IMG/VR virus record: IMGVR_UViG_3300034072_000647 | Direction: 5' to 3' (one strand) | Origin: a virus | Lineage: Duplodnaviria; Heunggongvirae; Uroviricota; Caudoviricetes | DNA length: 14,474 nucleotides | Part shown: piece by piece, positions 7,532-14,067 of the stretch | How the letters are laid out: every line of letters starts with the position of its first letter | Position numbering within the stretch: position 1 is the first letter of the stretch | Program-made: the position numbers and the translations under genes | The notes under the pieces: generated by a model | The model's database searches: none | Told to the model about the DNA's origin: nothing | The model's input: the letters and a program-made list of their open reading frames with translations, nothing else

Positions 7532-8929
7532 TTAAAATGGGGCGTCAATATCGTCGTAAATATTCTCTCCAGTCTTTTTACTAGTTTTAAGGCTAGTTTT
7601 CTTTGGCTTTTCTTCTTCGACCGGTGGTTCTACCGAATTAGGTCCGATAGTCAGCGTGTCCCACGTGGTAGCCGATGTAAAGGAAACATCGTCGTCAGCG
7701 CCACGCATCTTTGTAACATCAAAAGTAATACAATCGTCATGAGCATTTAGGACGAAAGCCGCGTCGCAGCTATCGAGAATACCCTTGGCCATTCGAGCCT
7801 CATTATCCTTATCGGTCTGATAAGGGGAAAATAGTGGCACTTTGGCTTCCTGAGCAATTGTTTTAAAAGCGTGAGATATACCTAGCTGTTCCTTCCAGTC
7901 TAGATGGTCTGTGCTGCTCATATTGGCAACTCGCTTTACCTTATTGATGTAGTCCACAATAATAACACCTAGAGTAGTTTCTCCCGTCTCCGGGTCTATC
8001 TCATTGATGCGCTTTTCTACTTCAGCCTTGATACGACCTAAAGTTAAAGATGGATCATATACAACGTCCACGATATGCGGTACTAGCTTACGCCTGGATA
8101 CTGCTTGGTGGAATTTGTTAAAGTCGTGATGTACGAGGTAAGCCTCTACATCCTTATACCCATCCTCATATCTACTAGCCCAGTATCTTACTACCTTTTC
8201 CCAATCGTCTTGGTTAAGGTTTCTGTTACGAATTTTATAGAAAGGAATTTGTGTCGCAATAGAGCAGTCTCGCTGAATGACTTCTCTAGGCTCCATTTCG
8301 ATAGAGAAGTAAAGAGCTTTCTTTTTCTTCTTCTCGATAACGGTTCTAGCCAAGTTAGAGCAAGTAATAGACTTACCAGAGCCTCGCTTACCTCCCATGA
8401 GGATGTAGTCTGTAGACTTAAAGTCATACATACTATCGAAGTCTTTGTTAAGACCTAGCACAATGCGCTTGGCCATCTCTTCCTCAGACTCGAAGAGATT
8501 AATTCTTTGCATGCTTTCTTCAGGCGGAATAAGCTCAACCTTTAGTTCAAGGTCCATGCCAATCTGCTGAATATTTCGCACTACTTCTTCTGCGCTCTCG
8601 AAGGCTATTGACCTGTCGATCCACCTGTCGATTTGAAACATCGCCTCTTTCTGAGCATACTCGTTCTTTAAGTAATCGAGCAGTAGAAAAGGTTCGGCTT
8701 CAGTGTCAACACTCTCTAGTGCATAAACTTTATCGGTAGTAGCAGCGTCTCTGACCGAAAGCTTCAGCTCCTCTAGAGTTGGCAGCTTATGGTAATTGTC
8801 AGAGTGCTTACTGATGATATCAAATAAGACATGATATTCATCAGGCAGATAATGCTTACGCACGTTAGTCCAAGTATCGAAGTCTTCACACTCCAATACT
8901 CTCTTAATAAGTGCGCTCGCTAAACTCAT
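7532..8929 (-). CDS. D6: Replicative DnaB-like helicase, T5 D6-like
   Basis: Walker A GGKRGSGKS, YFSIEM, Walker B IIVDYIN, KMR motif; GGAGG RBS; lies between D5 and primase as in T5. Confidence 0.9.
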   Translation of the reverse strand: MSLASALIKRVLECEDFDTWTNVRKHYLPDEYHVLFDIISKHSDNYHKLPTLEELKLSVRDAATTDKVYALESVDTEAEPFLLLDYLKNEYAQKEAMFQIDRWIDRSIAFESAEEVVRNIQQIGMDLELKVELIPPEESMQRINLFESEEEMAKRIVLGLNKDFDSMYDFKSTDYILMGGKRGSGKSITCSNLARTVIEKKKKKALYFSIEMEPREVIQRDCSIATQIPFYKIRNRNLNQDDWEKVVRYWASRYEDGYKDVEAYLVHHDFNKFHQAVSRRKLVPHIVDVVYDPSLTLGRIKAEVEKRINEIDPETGETTLGVIIVDYINKVKRVANMSSTDHLDWKEQLGISHAFKTIAQEAKVPLFSPYQTDKDNEARMAKGILDSCDAAFVLNAHDDCITFDVTKMRGADDDVSFTSATTWDTLTIGPNSVEPPVEEEKPKKTSLKTSKKTGENIYDDIDAPF

Positions 8930-8948
8930 TTATCCTCCAAACAAGATT

Positions 8949-8977
8949 AGGCGAGGGAATATTCCACTCCCTCGCCT
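8949..8977 (-). terminator. GC-rich hairpin after D5 (weak terminator or mRNA stabiliser)
   Basis: AGGCGAGGGA / TCCCTCGCCT perfect 10-bp stem, extendable with G-U pairs on the minus strand; followed by AATCTTGTTT, only a poor U-tract. Confidence 0.6.
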
Positions 8978-9000
8978 GTAAATCCTAGAAAGAAGATAAC

Positions 9001-9723
9001 TTACTCAGCTGCCTTCTTCTGTGCCTTTGCAGCACCGTCATAGTCCTTGGCAGTTACGCCACGGCGAGTAAGAAGGGTCTTCGTACCACGCTCAGTCTTG
9101 CCAAGCTTTTCAGCAATATCAGCAACGGTCAGACCGCTAACATCGCCCAGAGCCTCGAAAGCGTCAGGAGCCTGGCCCTTTACTTCACGCTGCTTAGGCA
9201 TAGCGTCGATGTGTCCAGCGCGAAGCAGGCTCAGAGCCTTACCACGAACACTAGCAACTTCCTTACCAAGCTCAGCTGCAATGTCCTCAACGAACTTACC
9301 AGCCTTGACGCCGGCAATAACAGCAGCCTCTTCGGACTCACTATAGGTCTTCTGAACCTCTGGCTTCGGGGTAGCCTTGACGGAGTCCGTAAGCTCCAGG
9401 CTCAAGATCTTACCCTGAATCGCCTTGGCAGAGAACTTACCACCAGCGAACTGATCGGCGATCTCAGCGTAGGTGAAAGCACCTGCATTGTTGGTGACGA
9501 AATCGGTCAGATCTTCTGCTTCTTCGTCGCTGAATGCCTTAGGAGCATCGCCAGCCTTTTCTACCTCGTAACCAAGCTTACGCAGCTTGCTAGCAACAGA
9601 GCGAGTGCTGGTCTCCAGCTTCTCGGCCAGTTCTGCAACAGTAGCCTTGGAAACTACTTCATCCTTGTTAACACCTGCTTCAAGCTGAGCAGTACGGTCT
9701 TCATTCCACTTAGGAAGGGTCAT
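9001..9723 (-). CDS. D5: T5 D5-like DNA-binding transcription regulator (240 aa)
   Basis: RSVASKLRK.G.EV.KA, FTYAEIA...GGKF..K.IQGKILSLE, RGKALSLLR.G, RRG..AKDYDG match T5 D5; four HTH-like repeats. Start set to ATG 9723 (GGAG RBS, 1 nt after the ligB stop). Confidence 0.88.
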   Translation of the reverse strand: MTLPKWNEDRTAQLEAGVNKDEVVSKATVAELAEKLETSTRSVASKLRKLGYEVEKAGDAPKAFSDEEAEDLTDFVTNNAGAFTYAEIADQFAGGKFSAKAIQGKILSLELTDSVKATPKPEVQKTYSESEEAAVIAGVKAGKFVEDIAAELGKEVASVRGKALSLLRAGHIDAMPKQREVKGQAPDAFEALGDVSGLTVADIAEKLGKTERGTKTLLTRRGVTAKDYDGAAKAQKKAAE

Positions 9724-9724
9724 A

Positions 9725-10477
9725 TTAATTAAATTCTCCAATTATTGTGTTTAAATCAGTTACGATTTGTATACCGAGTTTATCGGCTTTTTCGGTTTTT
9801 GCGGACGCAGTTCCGCTTTCATTTACTAGAATGGTAACATCTTTGGTTAAACTGTCTGTTACCTTATAGCCTAGCTTCTCAAGAACTTCTTTAGCGGCTT
9901 GTTTAGTCTTGAAACTCTTTAGTTTCCCACTAATGCAAATCGTTCCCTTACTCGAAGTCGTTGAAGATGCTACGCTACTAAACTCAAAACTAAAAGGAAG
10001 ATGAGAGAATCTATCGAAACTTTCATCAATCCACTTAGTTAGATTATTTGTGGCCACATTACCTAAACCTGCCTTTTTACAACTAGCTTCGTCGATTTCA
10101 AACAATGACTCGACTGTTGCAGCAAGTTTATCCGTTGCGGACTTACCTACCAAAGGAATACCAAAGGCCGGTAGAACTGTGTTAAGCGGCTCGTTTTTAG
10201 ACTTTTCTATTTCTTCAAAAAGCTTAACAGCGAGTTTCTCTGAACCAAGCGCCATAGACATAAACTCCAAGTCCATGTCGTAAATATCATTGATGCTAGT
10301 CAGATTTAGTTTGTCGATTGCAGCAGGGCCTAGACCTTTGATCTTTAATGTCTTTGCGAAGTGTTCTACTTGCTTCGAACTTTTAGCTGGACATTCGTTA
10401 TTTCTGCAATACAATGTGTCGTTCTGCCACTCAAGTTCCGAGTTACAGCTAGGACAATTAGTTGGTGGAATTATCAT
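9725..10477 (-). CDS. ligB: NAD-dependent DNA ligase subunit B (zinc finger, HhH, BRCT)
   Basis: CPSC...C.N..CPAK zinc finger, IKGLG and IPLVG HhH motifs, C-terminal BRCT (ICISGKL...V.DS.TK....LV...AK..KA..LG); GAGG RBS. Confidence 0.9.
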   Translation of the reverse strand: MIIPPTNCPSCNSELEWQNDTLYCRNNECPAKSSKQVEHFAKTLKIKGLGPAAIDKLNLTSINDIYDMDLEFMSMALGSEKLAVKLFEEIEKSKNEPLNTVLPAFGIPLVGKSATDKLAATVESLFEIDEASCKKAGLGNVATNNLTKWIDESFDRFSHLPFSFEFSSVASSTTSSKGTICISGKLKSFKTKQAAKEVLEKLGYKVTDSLTKDVTILVNESGTASAKTEKADKLGIQIVTDLNTIIGEFN

Positions 10478-10503
10478 AGCTTTCCTCTCGTCTTGATGAA
10501 GCC

Positions 10504-10532
10504 ATTATAACGGGTTCTAACCTTGAAGTCAA
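10504..10532 (-). promoter_or_regulatory. Sigma70-type promoter for ligB-D5 and downstream genes
   Basis: TTGACT (10532-10527), 17 nt, TATAAT (10509-10504), in the gap upstream of ligB. Confidence 0.88.
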
Positions 10533-10543
10533 GAACTAAATTC

Positions 10544-10909
10544 TCAGACCTGCTTTGGTATGCTACGAATTATTTCGGGATCGGGTTCGAAACATTCGGT
10601 ATGTCCCCCAAATTTGATCGAGGGTTTCATTCTCTTATGGTCCCACTTCTCATGAAGAAATTGTTCAAGATAGAATATTTCTTCTAGAGGCCCTTTTACT
10701 AGCTTTTGGATGCGAACATCATACCCCCTGAACCCACCGGCTCTTTTTAAGGCGTCTTTATTGCTAGTACCTTTAGTTATCCCTATTTTTATCGCTTCTC
10801 GCTCAAGCGTCTTCCGATTCACTAGCACTACGCAGTACAATAGTGCTGGCACCTGGGATTCCTGCGGATGGGTTTGGAAGTACTTCTGGTTGTAAATTCC
10901 TAAACTCAT
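10544..10909 (-). CDS. GIY-YIG superfamily protein (T5orf172/MUG113-like), putative endonuclease
   Basis: LLY.V...AIKIGIT....R...LEQ.LH.K...FGG.TE.F pattern typical of T5orf172-like domains; AAGGA RBS before ATG 10909. Confidence 0.65.
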   Translation of the reverse strand: MSLGIYNQKYFQTHPQESQVPALLYCVVLVNRKTLEREAIKIGITKGTSNKDALKRAGGFRGYDVRIQKLVKGPLEEIFYLEQFLHEKWDHKRMKPSIKFGGHTECFEPDPEIIRSIPKQV

Positions 10910-11156
10910 CTAGCCAATCCTTAAACTCAGAGAGGCTACCCGGTCCGACCTTTCTGGAGACTTCGATTCCATCCTTAAATAGAATAGAGGTTGGGACAGC
11001 TCGTACAAAATGCTGCTGAACCAGTCCCGGATTGTCTGAGATATTGACGTTCGTGACAATTAGATCATCCTCCGAGTCGTTTAACTGCTCGATTACAGGC
11101 GCTAGCACCTTACATGGAGCACATGTGTCTGAATAAAATTTTACTAAGGTTAGCAT
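10803..11156 (-). CDS. trx: Thioredoxin with a C-terminal extension overlapping the next gene
   Basis: LVKFYSDTCAPCK (CxxC), VNI, VRAVPT..LFKDG cis-Pro motif; GGAGG RBS; start overlaps the ligA stop (TAATG). Confidence 0.9.
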   Translation of the reverse strand: MLTLVKFYSDTCAPCKVLAPVIEQLNDSEDDLIVTNVNISDNPGLVQQHFVRAVPTSILFKDGIEVSRKVGPGSLSEFKDWLDEFRNLQPEVLPNPSAGIPGASTIVLRSASESEDA

Positions 11157-12085
11157 TATACCCTCCGTACAATCCTTGGGATAATTTCACCGGAGCGAAT
11201 GATTTCCACTTCGCAACCTAGCTCCAATCCCAGTTCTTCTATATATTTAATATTGTGTAGAGTTGCTCGACTAACCGTTGCTTCACCAATCTTAACGGGC
11301 TTTAGAATAGCCACAGGTGCTACTACTCCCGACCTGCCAACCTGCCAAATAACATCTTCTAACGTAGTAACAACACCTTCAGGAATATCCTTTAGTGCGA
11401 AAGCGCCGCGCGGATGTTTATTGGTATAGCCTAGAGATTCAAACTGTTCGTTATCATCTACTCGGAATACTCTACCGTCCTGCGGATATTTGTCAAGATC
11501 AATATCAGCATATAATACTGTCTGAAACCCGGAGTCGCTTAGAGCGCTCATGTCGTCTGACCAAGTATAGCACCAAGCAGGTTTGATTCCATAAGCTACG
11601 AAAATCAGCTCACGAGTTTTAAACTCCTCCAAACTTTTAAGGTTTAAAGCACCCGCCGCGTAATTTCTAGCGTTGGGGATATGCTTCTTCGCCAGTACTT
11701 CCCCGGTAATTTGCCTCGTGGAAACATCACGCAGATACTCAGGTACTAAAGATCTCATCTTATCCGTGATATCTAGCCCCGCTTTGCCGTCGCCTCTTGT
11801 TAGGGCTAAGACCAGCTTGCCGTCTACATAAAGCAAACTAACCGCGGCCCCATCCAGCTTAGGAGTCTCTACAACATTACCTGGGAGCTGAATCAGCTTT
11901 TCGCCTTTGAAACACTTCTGCAATGAGTACATGCGATAATGATGGGGTATAGCTTTAGTAGTGTCTACCTTAGCCCCAACCCCATCAAAACCATGTATTT
12001 CAACTAGCCTATCAAACTCAGCGTCTGAAATGATAGGGTTTCCCTCTTCGTATTTAGCAGCTGCGTAGGCTAGAAAATTCTTCAT
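11156..12085 (-). CDS. ligA: NAD-dependent DNA ligase subunit A (Ia, adenylation and OB domains)
   Basis: SDAEFDRL (Ia), MYSL, KLDG adenylation motif, LTRGDG, GEV, RNYAAG.L, DG.V, PRGAFA.K, WQVGRSG, ATLHN, RSGEIIP. Stops before the zinc finger, as in the T5 split ligase. Confidence 0.93.
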   Translation of the reverse strand: MKNFLAYAAAKYEEGNPIISDAEFDRLVEIHGFDGVGAKVDTTKAIPHHYRMYSLQKCFKGEKLIQLPGNVVETPKLDGAAVSLLYVDGKLVLALTRGDGKAGLDITDKMRSLVPEYLRDVSTRQITGEVLAKKHIPNARNYAAGALNLKSLEEFKTRELIFVAYGIKPAWCYTWSDDMSALSDSGFQTVLYADIDLDKYPQDGRVFRVDDNEQFESLGYTNKHPRGAFALKDIPEGVVTTLEDVIWQVGRSGVVAPVAILKPVKIGEATVSRATLHNIKYIEELGLELGCEVEIIRSGEIIPRIVRRV

Positions 12086-12369
12086 TGGAACGTGTCTCGC
12101 ATTAAATCTTTAAAGTGATCGATTATTACATCCTTAGCCTCTGCTAGAGAAAGGATCTCTATTAAGCCAGCAAATAACTCTCTACTATTGTTTAGGTCTA
12201 AAGGCATGTTCACACCTTCGTTAGAGGGTGCCCATTCTCCTTCAAAATCTCTATACCATTTTCTAAGGGACAGATACTCTACACCACGAAACTCATTAAC
12301 ACTCAGGCGAACCTGAATATCCTTAACTTCGTCGTAATGAATTAGCCGAGTGAAAATCTCATCGGCCAT
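12082..12369 (-). CDS. PC4-like (p15) ssDNA-binding protein
   Basis: VRLSVNEFRGVEYLSLRKWY....GEWAPS.EG matches the PC4 fold; a PC4 homologue lies just before ligA in T5. Confidence 0.82.
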   Translation of the reverse strand: MADEIFTRLIHYDEVKDIQVRLSVNEFRGVEYLSLRKWYRDFEGEWAPSNEGVNMPLDLNNSRELFAGLIEILSLAEAKDVIIDHFKDLMRDTFQ

Positions 12370-12637
12370 TTGCCCTTTCCTTCATCGCACTAGCTAGAGG
12401 AACCACGCTGGTCACACTGTCTGGATTGATAAGTCTATAAGCGTCAGCATCCCAACAGAACATTAGAACAGTACTGTCAGACTCCTTAGCTCGGTTTTGC
12501 TTGCCACTAATGTAGTCATTATCTTCTACATCTAAAGTGCAAACGTTATATTTTAGCTTCTTCGATTCTGCGCTTCTATAGGTGATAATAGAATCACCAT
12601 TTTGACGCATTAAATCAATCAGTTGCTCTTTCGTCAT
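12359..12637 (-). CDS. Conserved T5-like hypothetical protein (92 aa)
   Basis: MTKEQLIDLMRQNGD..ITYRS...LKYNVCTLD...LMFCWD.DAYR. Start moved from 12751 to ATG 12637, preceded by AGGAG; lies between D3 and the PC4-like gene. Confidence 0.72.
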   Translation of the reverse strand: MTKEQLIDLMRQNGDSIITYRSAESKKLKYNVCTLDVEDNDYISGKQNRAKESDSTVLMFCWDADAYRLINPDSVTSVVPLASAMKERANGR

Positions 12638-12646
12638 TATACTCCT

Positions 12647-12713
12647 GTGTCGGCAGGCTGGCTTTTTGCAGACACGACTAAGCGCTGGCAAAACCATAGC
12701 TTCGCCAGCGCTT
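12647..12713 (-). other. Two tandem RNA hairpins in the intergenic region after D3
   Basis: Hairpin 1 (12680-12713): AAGCGCUGGC-GAAGC-UAUG-GUUUU-GCCAGCGCUU, 10 Watson-Crick pairs plus 5 more including G-U. Hairpin 2 (12647-12675): GUGUCUGCA...UGCCGACAC, ending at the AGGAG RBS. Confidence 0.65.
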
Positions 12714-12719
12714 TCATTA

Positions 12720-13088
12720 TTACTCGTCGCCCTTAATGGCGGCGAATACACCAGTAAAATACTGTGCAGCCTTACCAGTCAGCTTGCTGATGATCTCGTC
12801 ATCAACAGTACCGCCGGCAGCTTCAATTGCTTCCTTCAGCGCAGTCTGTGCGCCTTCCTTGCTCACGCGAGTACCGCCAGTGGCCTTCTTGGCACCGGTT
12901 TCGGAAGTCTTAGTTTCGGCCTTCTTTACGTAGGCATCAGCCTTCATAAGGATCATGCGAACGCCGTTAGGAGACTCGCCCAACTCTTCCGCGATTTCCT
13001 TAACGATATCCATGGAATTCTCTGGCGTAGGCTCAGCTTCCTTATACATCTGAATTGCCTTAGCCTTAGATTCGTCGGTCCATGCCAT
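12720..13088 (-). CDS. D3: T5 D3-like protein (putative DNA-binding)
   Basis: WTDE...SMDIVKEIAEE.G.SPNG.RM.L.KA..Y.KK...GG.R.SK...IISKLTGKAA matches T5 D3; AAGGAG RBS; ends TAA TAA TGA. Confidence 0.82.
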   Translation of the reverse strand: MAWTDESKAKAIQMYKEAEPTPENSMDIVKEIAEELGESPNGVRMILMKADAYVKKAETKTSETGAKKATGGTRVSKEGAQTALKEAIEAAGGTVDDEIISKLTGKAAQYFTGVFAAIKGDE

Positions 13089-13122
13089 AGTGTTATTAAA
13101 CTCCTTGTGTTGTTAGATGGTC

Positions 13123-13151
13123 ATTATATAATTTTTAGCAGCTTTTGTCAA
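13123..13151 (-). promoter_or_regulatory. Perfect-consensus sigma70 promoter for D3
   Basis: TTGACA (13151-13146), 17 nt, TATAAT (13128-13123); upstream AAAAATAACTC tract. Confidence 0.92.
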
Positions 13152-13154
13152 GAG

Positions 13155-13361
13155 TTATTTTTGTAATAGCTCCTCAGCCTCTACGCAAAAACCTGCCATC
13201 CCAATATTAAAGCTATTGGGATTTTGCGCTCGTGTTTTAGCTTCTGCTAATACGTATACCGCTTCACATTGCTCTTTTGAATCAAAAACCTTATGCCCTA
13301 GAACTGAAGGGTCCGCTGGGTTAGCAAGGTTCATAATTACATAGATTAGAATCCATTTCAT
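13155..13361 (-). CDS. Small hypothetical protein, hydrophobic N-terminus, two cysteines (68 aa)
   Basis: MKWILIYVIM signal/TM-like start; FDSKEQC and GFC; ATGA overlap with the upstream stop. Confidence 0.6.
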   Translation of the reverse strand: MKWILIYVIMNLANPADPSVLGHKVFDSKEQCEAVYVLAEAKTRAQNPNSFNIGMAGFCVEAEELLQK

Positions 13362-13648
13362 TGATTAGTCTCTCTCCAATAAGCATACTTATCTAGCTTA
13401 TCGGCAATTCTATTCATGATAAACTTGGAATCAAAATCGTTGCAAATAATAAAGTTAAGAGTAGACGCAATAACATCTGCCGCCTCCTCTTGAACCTCTT
13501 GATCTAGATTACGCCCGTCCCAGTAGTCAGGACGACCGTAATTGGAGATAAACTTACCTAGCACAGTGATTAGCTCACCGCTCTCCTCTACTACCTTACC
13601 CAAGCCTGGAAGAGTAGAGCAATTCATGGTATAACTAGTCATTGTCAT
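13358..13648 (-). CDS. MazG-like all-alpha NTP pyrophosphohydrolase (single domain)
   Basis: KVVEESGEL and QEEAADV give the two acidic metal-binding motifs (EExxE...EExxD) with MazG-like spacing; GAGGT RBS. Confidence 0.65.
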   Translation of the reverse strand: MTMTSYTMNCSTLPGLGKVVEESGELITVLGKFISNYGRPDYWDGRNLDQEVQEEAADVIASTLNFIICNDFDSKFIMNRIADKLDKYAYWRETNQ

Positions 13649-13865
13649 TAATATAAGTTACCTCTGTTTTTGGAAGTGTTTCCAAATATAAATCTCGTTC
13701 GGTTTGCCAATTGATACGTTCCAACCAACCAGCTGCCTTATCCAGAAGATAGATATCCGCCCCAATAGAGTTGGTAGGATCACCGGGATATACTAGGCGC
13801 ATTTCGTCTAGAAACTTGCTGTCTTCTCGCATCTTTTTGATAATGTAATTAACGACTGTGGTCAT
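13635..13865 (-). CDS. Hypothetical protein (76 aa)
   Basis: AAGGA RBS, short overlaps with both neighbours, same strand; no recognisable motif. Confidence 0.55.
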   Translation of the reverse strand: MTTVVNYIIKKMREDSKFLDEMRLVYPGDPTNSIGADIYLLDKAAGWLERINWQTERDLYLETLPKTEVTYINDND

Positions 13866-14067
13866 AATCGTCCTTGTCTATAAAACCTCGTTCCATCATC
13901 CAAATCCAGTCAGCATATTGTTCCGATCTAGGTTGACCCCAATAATCGCTGACAAGATACAGCCCACAATCACAGCAAATCTGACTGAGAGCCGAACCAT
14001 ACGCCAATGGTATAGTTGGGCCCTCAATCAATTTACGATGCTCACACGGTAACGATGATACTAGCAT
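13849..14067 (-). CDS. Hypothetical protein, possible zinc-binding (72 aa)
   Basis: CEH...CCDCG pattern. Start set at ATG 14067 rather than 14172 to avoid a 130-nt overlap with the phosphoesterase; RBS is weak. Confidence 0.45.
   Translation of the reverse strand: MLVSSLPCEHRKLIEGPTIPLAYGSALSQICCDCGLYLVSDYWGQPRSEQYADWIWMMERGFIDKDDYDHSR

Noticed and set aside
8191-8427. Same-strand alternative-frame ORFs nested in D6 (8191-8427) and D11 (557-739)
   Set aside because: Short, no convincing RBS or motif; expected by chance.
3884-8458. Plus-strand ORFs at 3884, 4283, 4725, 5070, 6947, 7355 and 8105
   Set aside because: All antisense to well-supported genes, with no recognisable domains.
9001-9723. 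Four HTH-like internal repeats in D5
   Set aside because: Real but expected for D5-like proteins; no nucleotide-level repeat.
9047-9732. Plus-strand ORFs of 99 and 173 aa
   Set aside because: Antisense to D5, whose biased codon use leaves opposite frames open; no motifs.
10478-11155. Group I intron or intein interrupting one ligase gene
   Set aside because: The gap is filled by ORFs and a promoter; ligA has a stop and ligB its own RBS and start; T5-type ligases are natively split.
10803-11156. Thioredoxin as a T7-style polymerase processivity factor
   Set aside because: The pol thumb (FNPNSTQQLRKLLFDFIGLKPTGKK) lacks the long thioredoxin-binding insertion of T7 polymerase.
10050-11586. Plus-strand ORFs at 10050, 10290, 10710, 11199 and 11395
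   Set aside because: Antisense to ligB, the nuclease-like gene, trx and ligA; no support.
12666-13166. Plus-strand ORFs of 166 and 65 aa
   Set aside because: Antisense shadows of D3.
13858-14052. 64-aa plus-strand ORF
   Set aside because: Antisense to a minus-strand gene chain; no motif.
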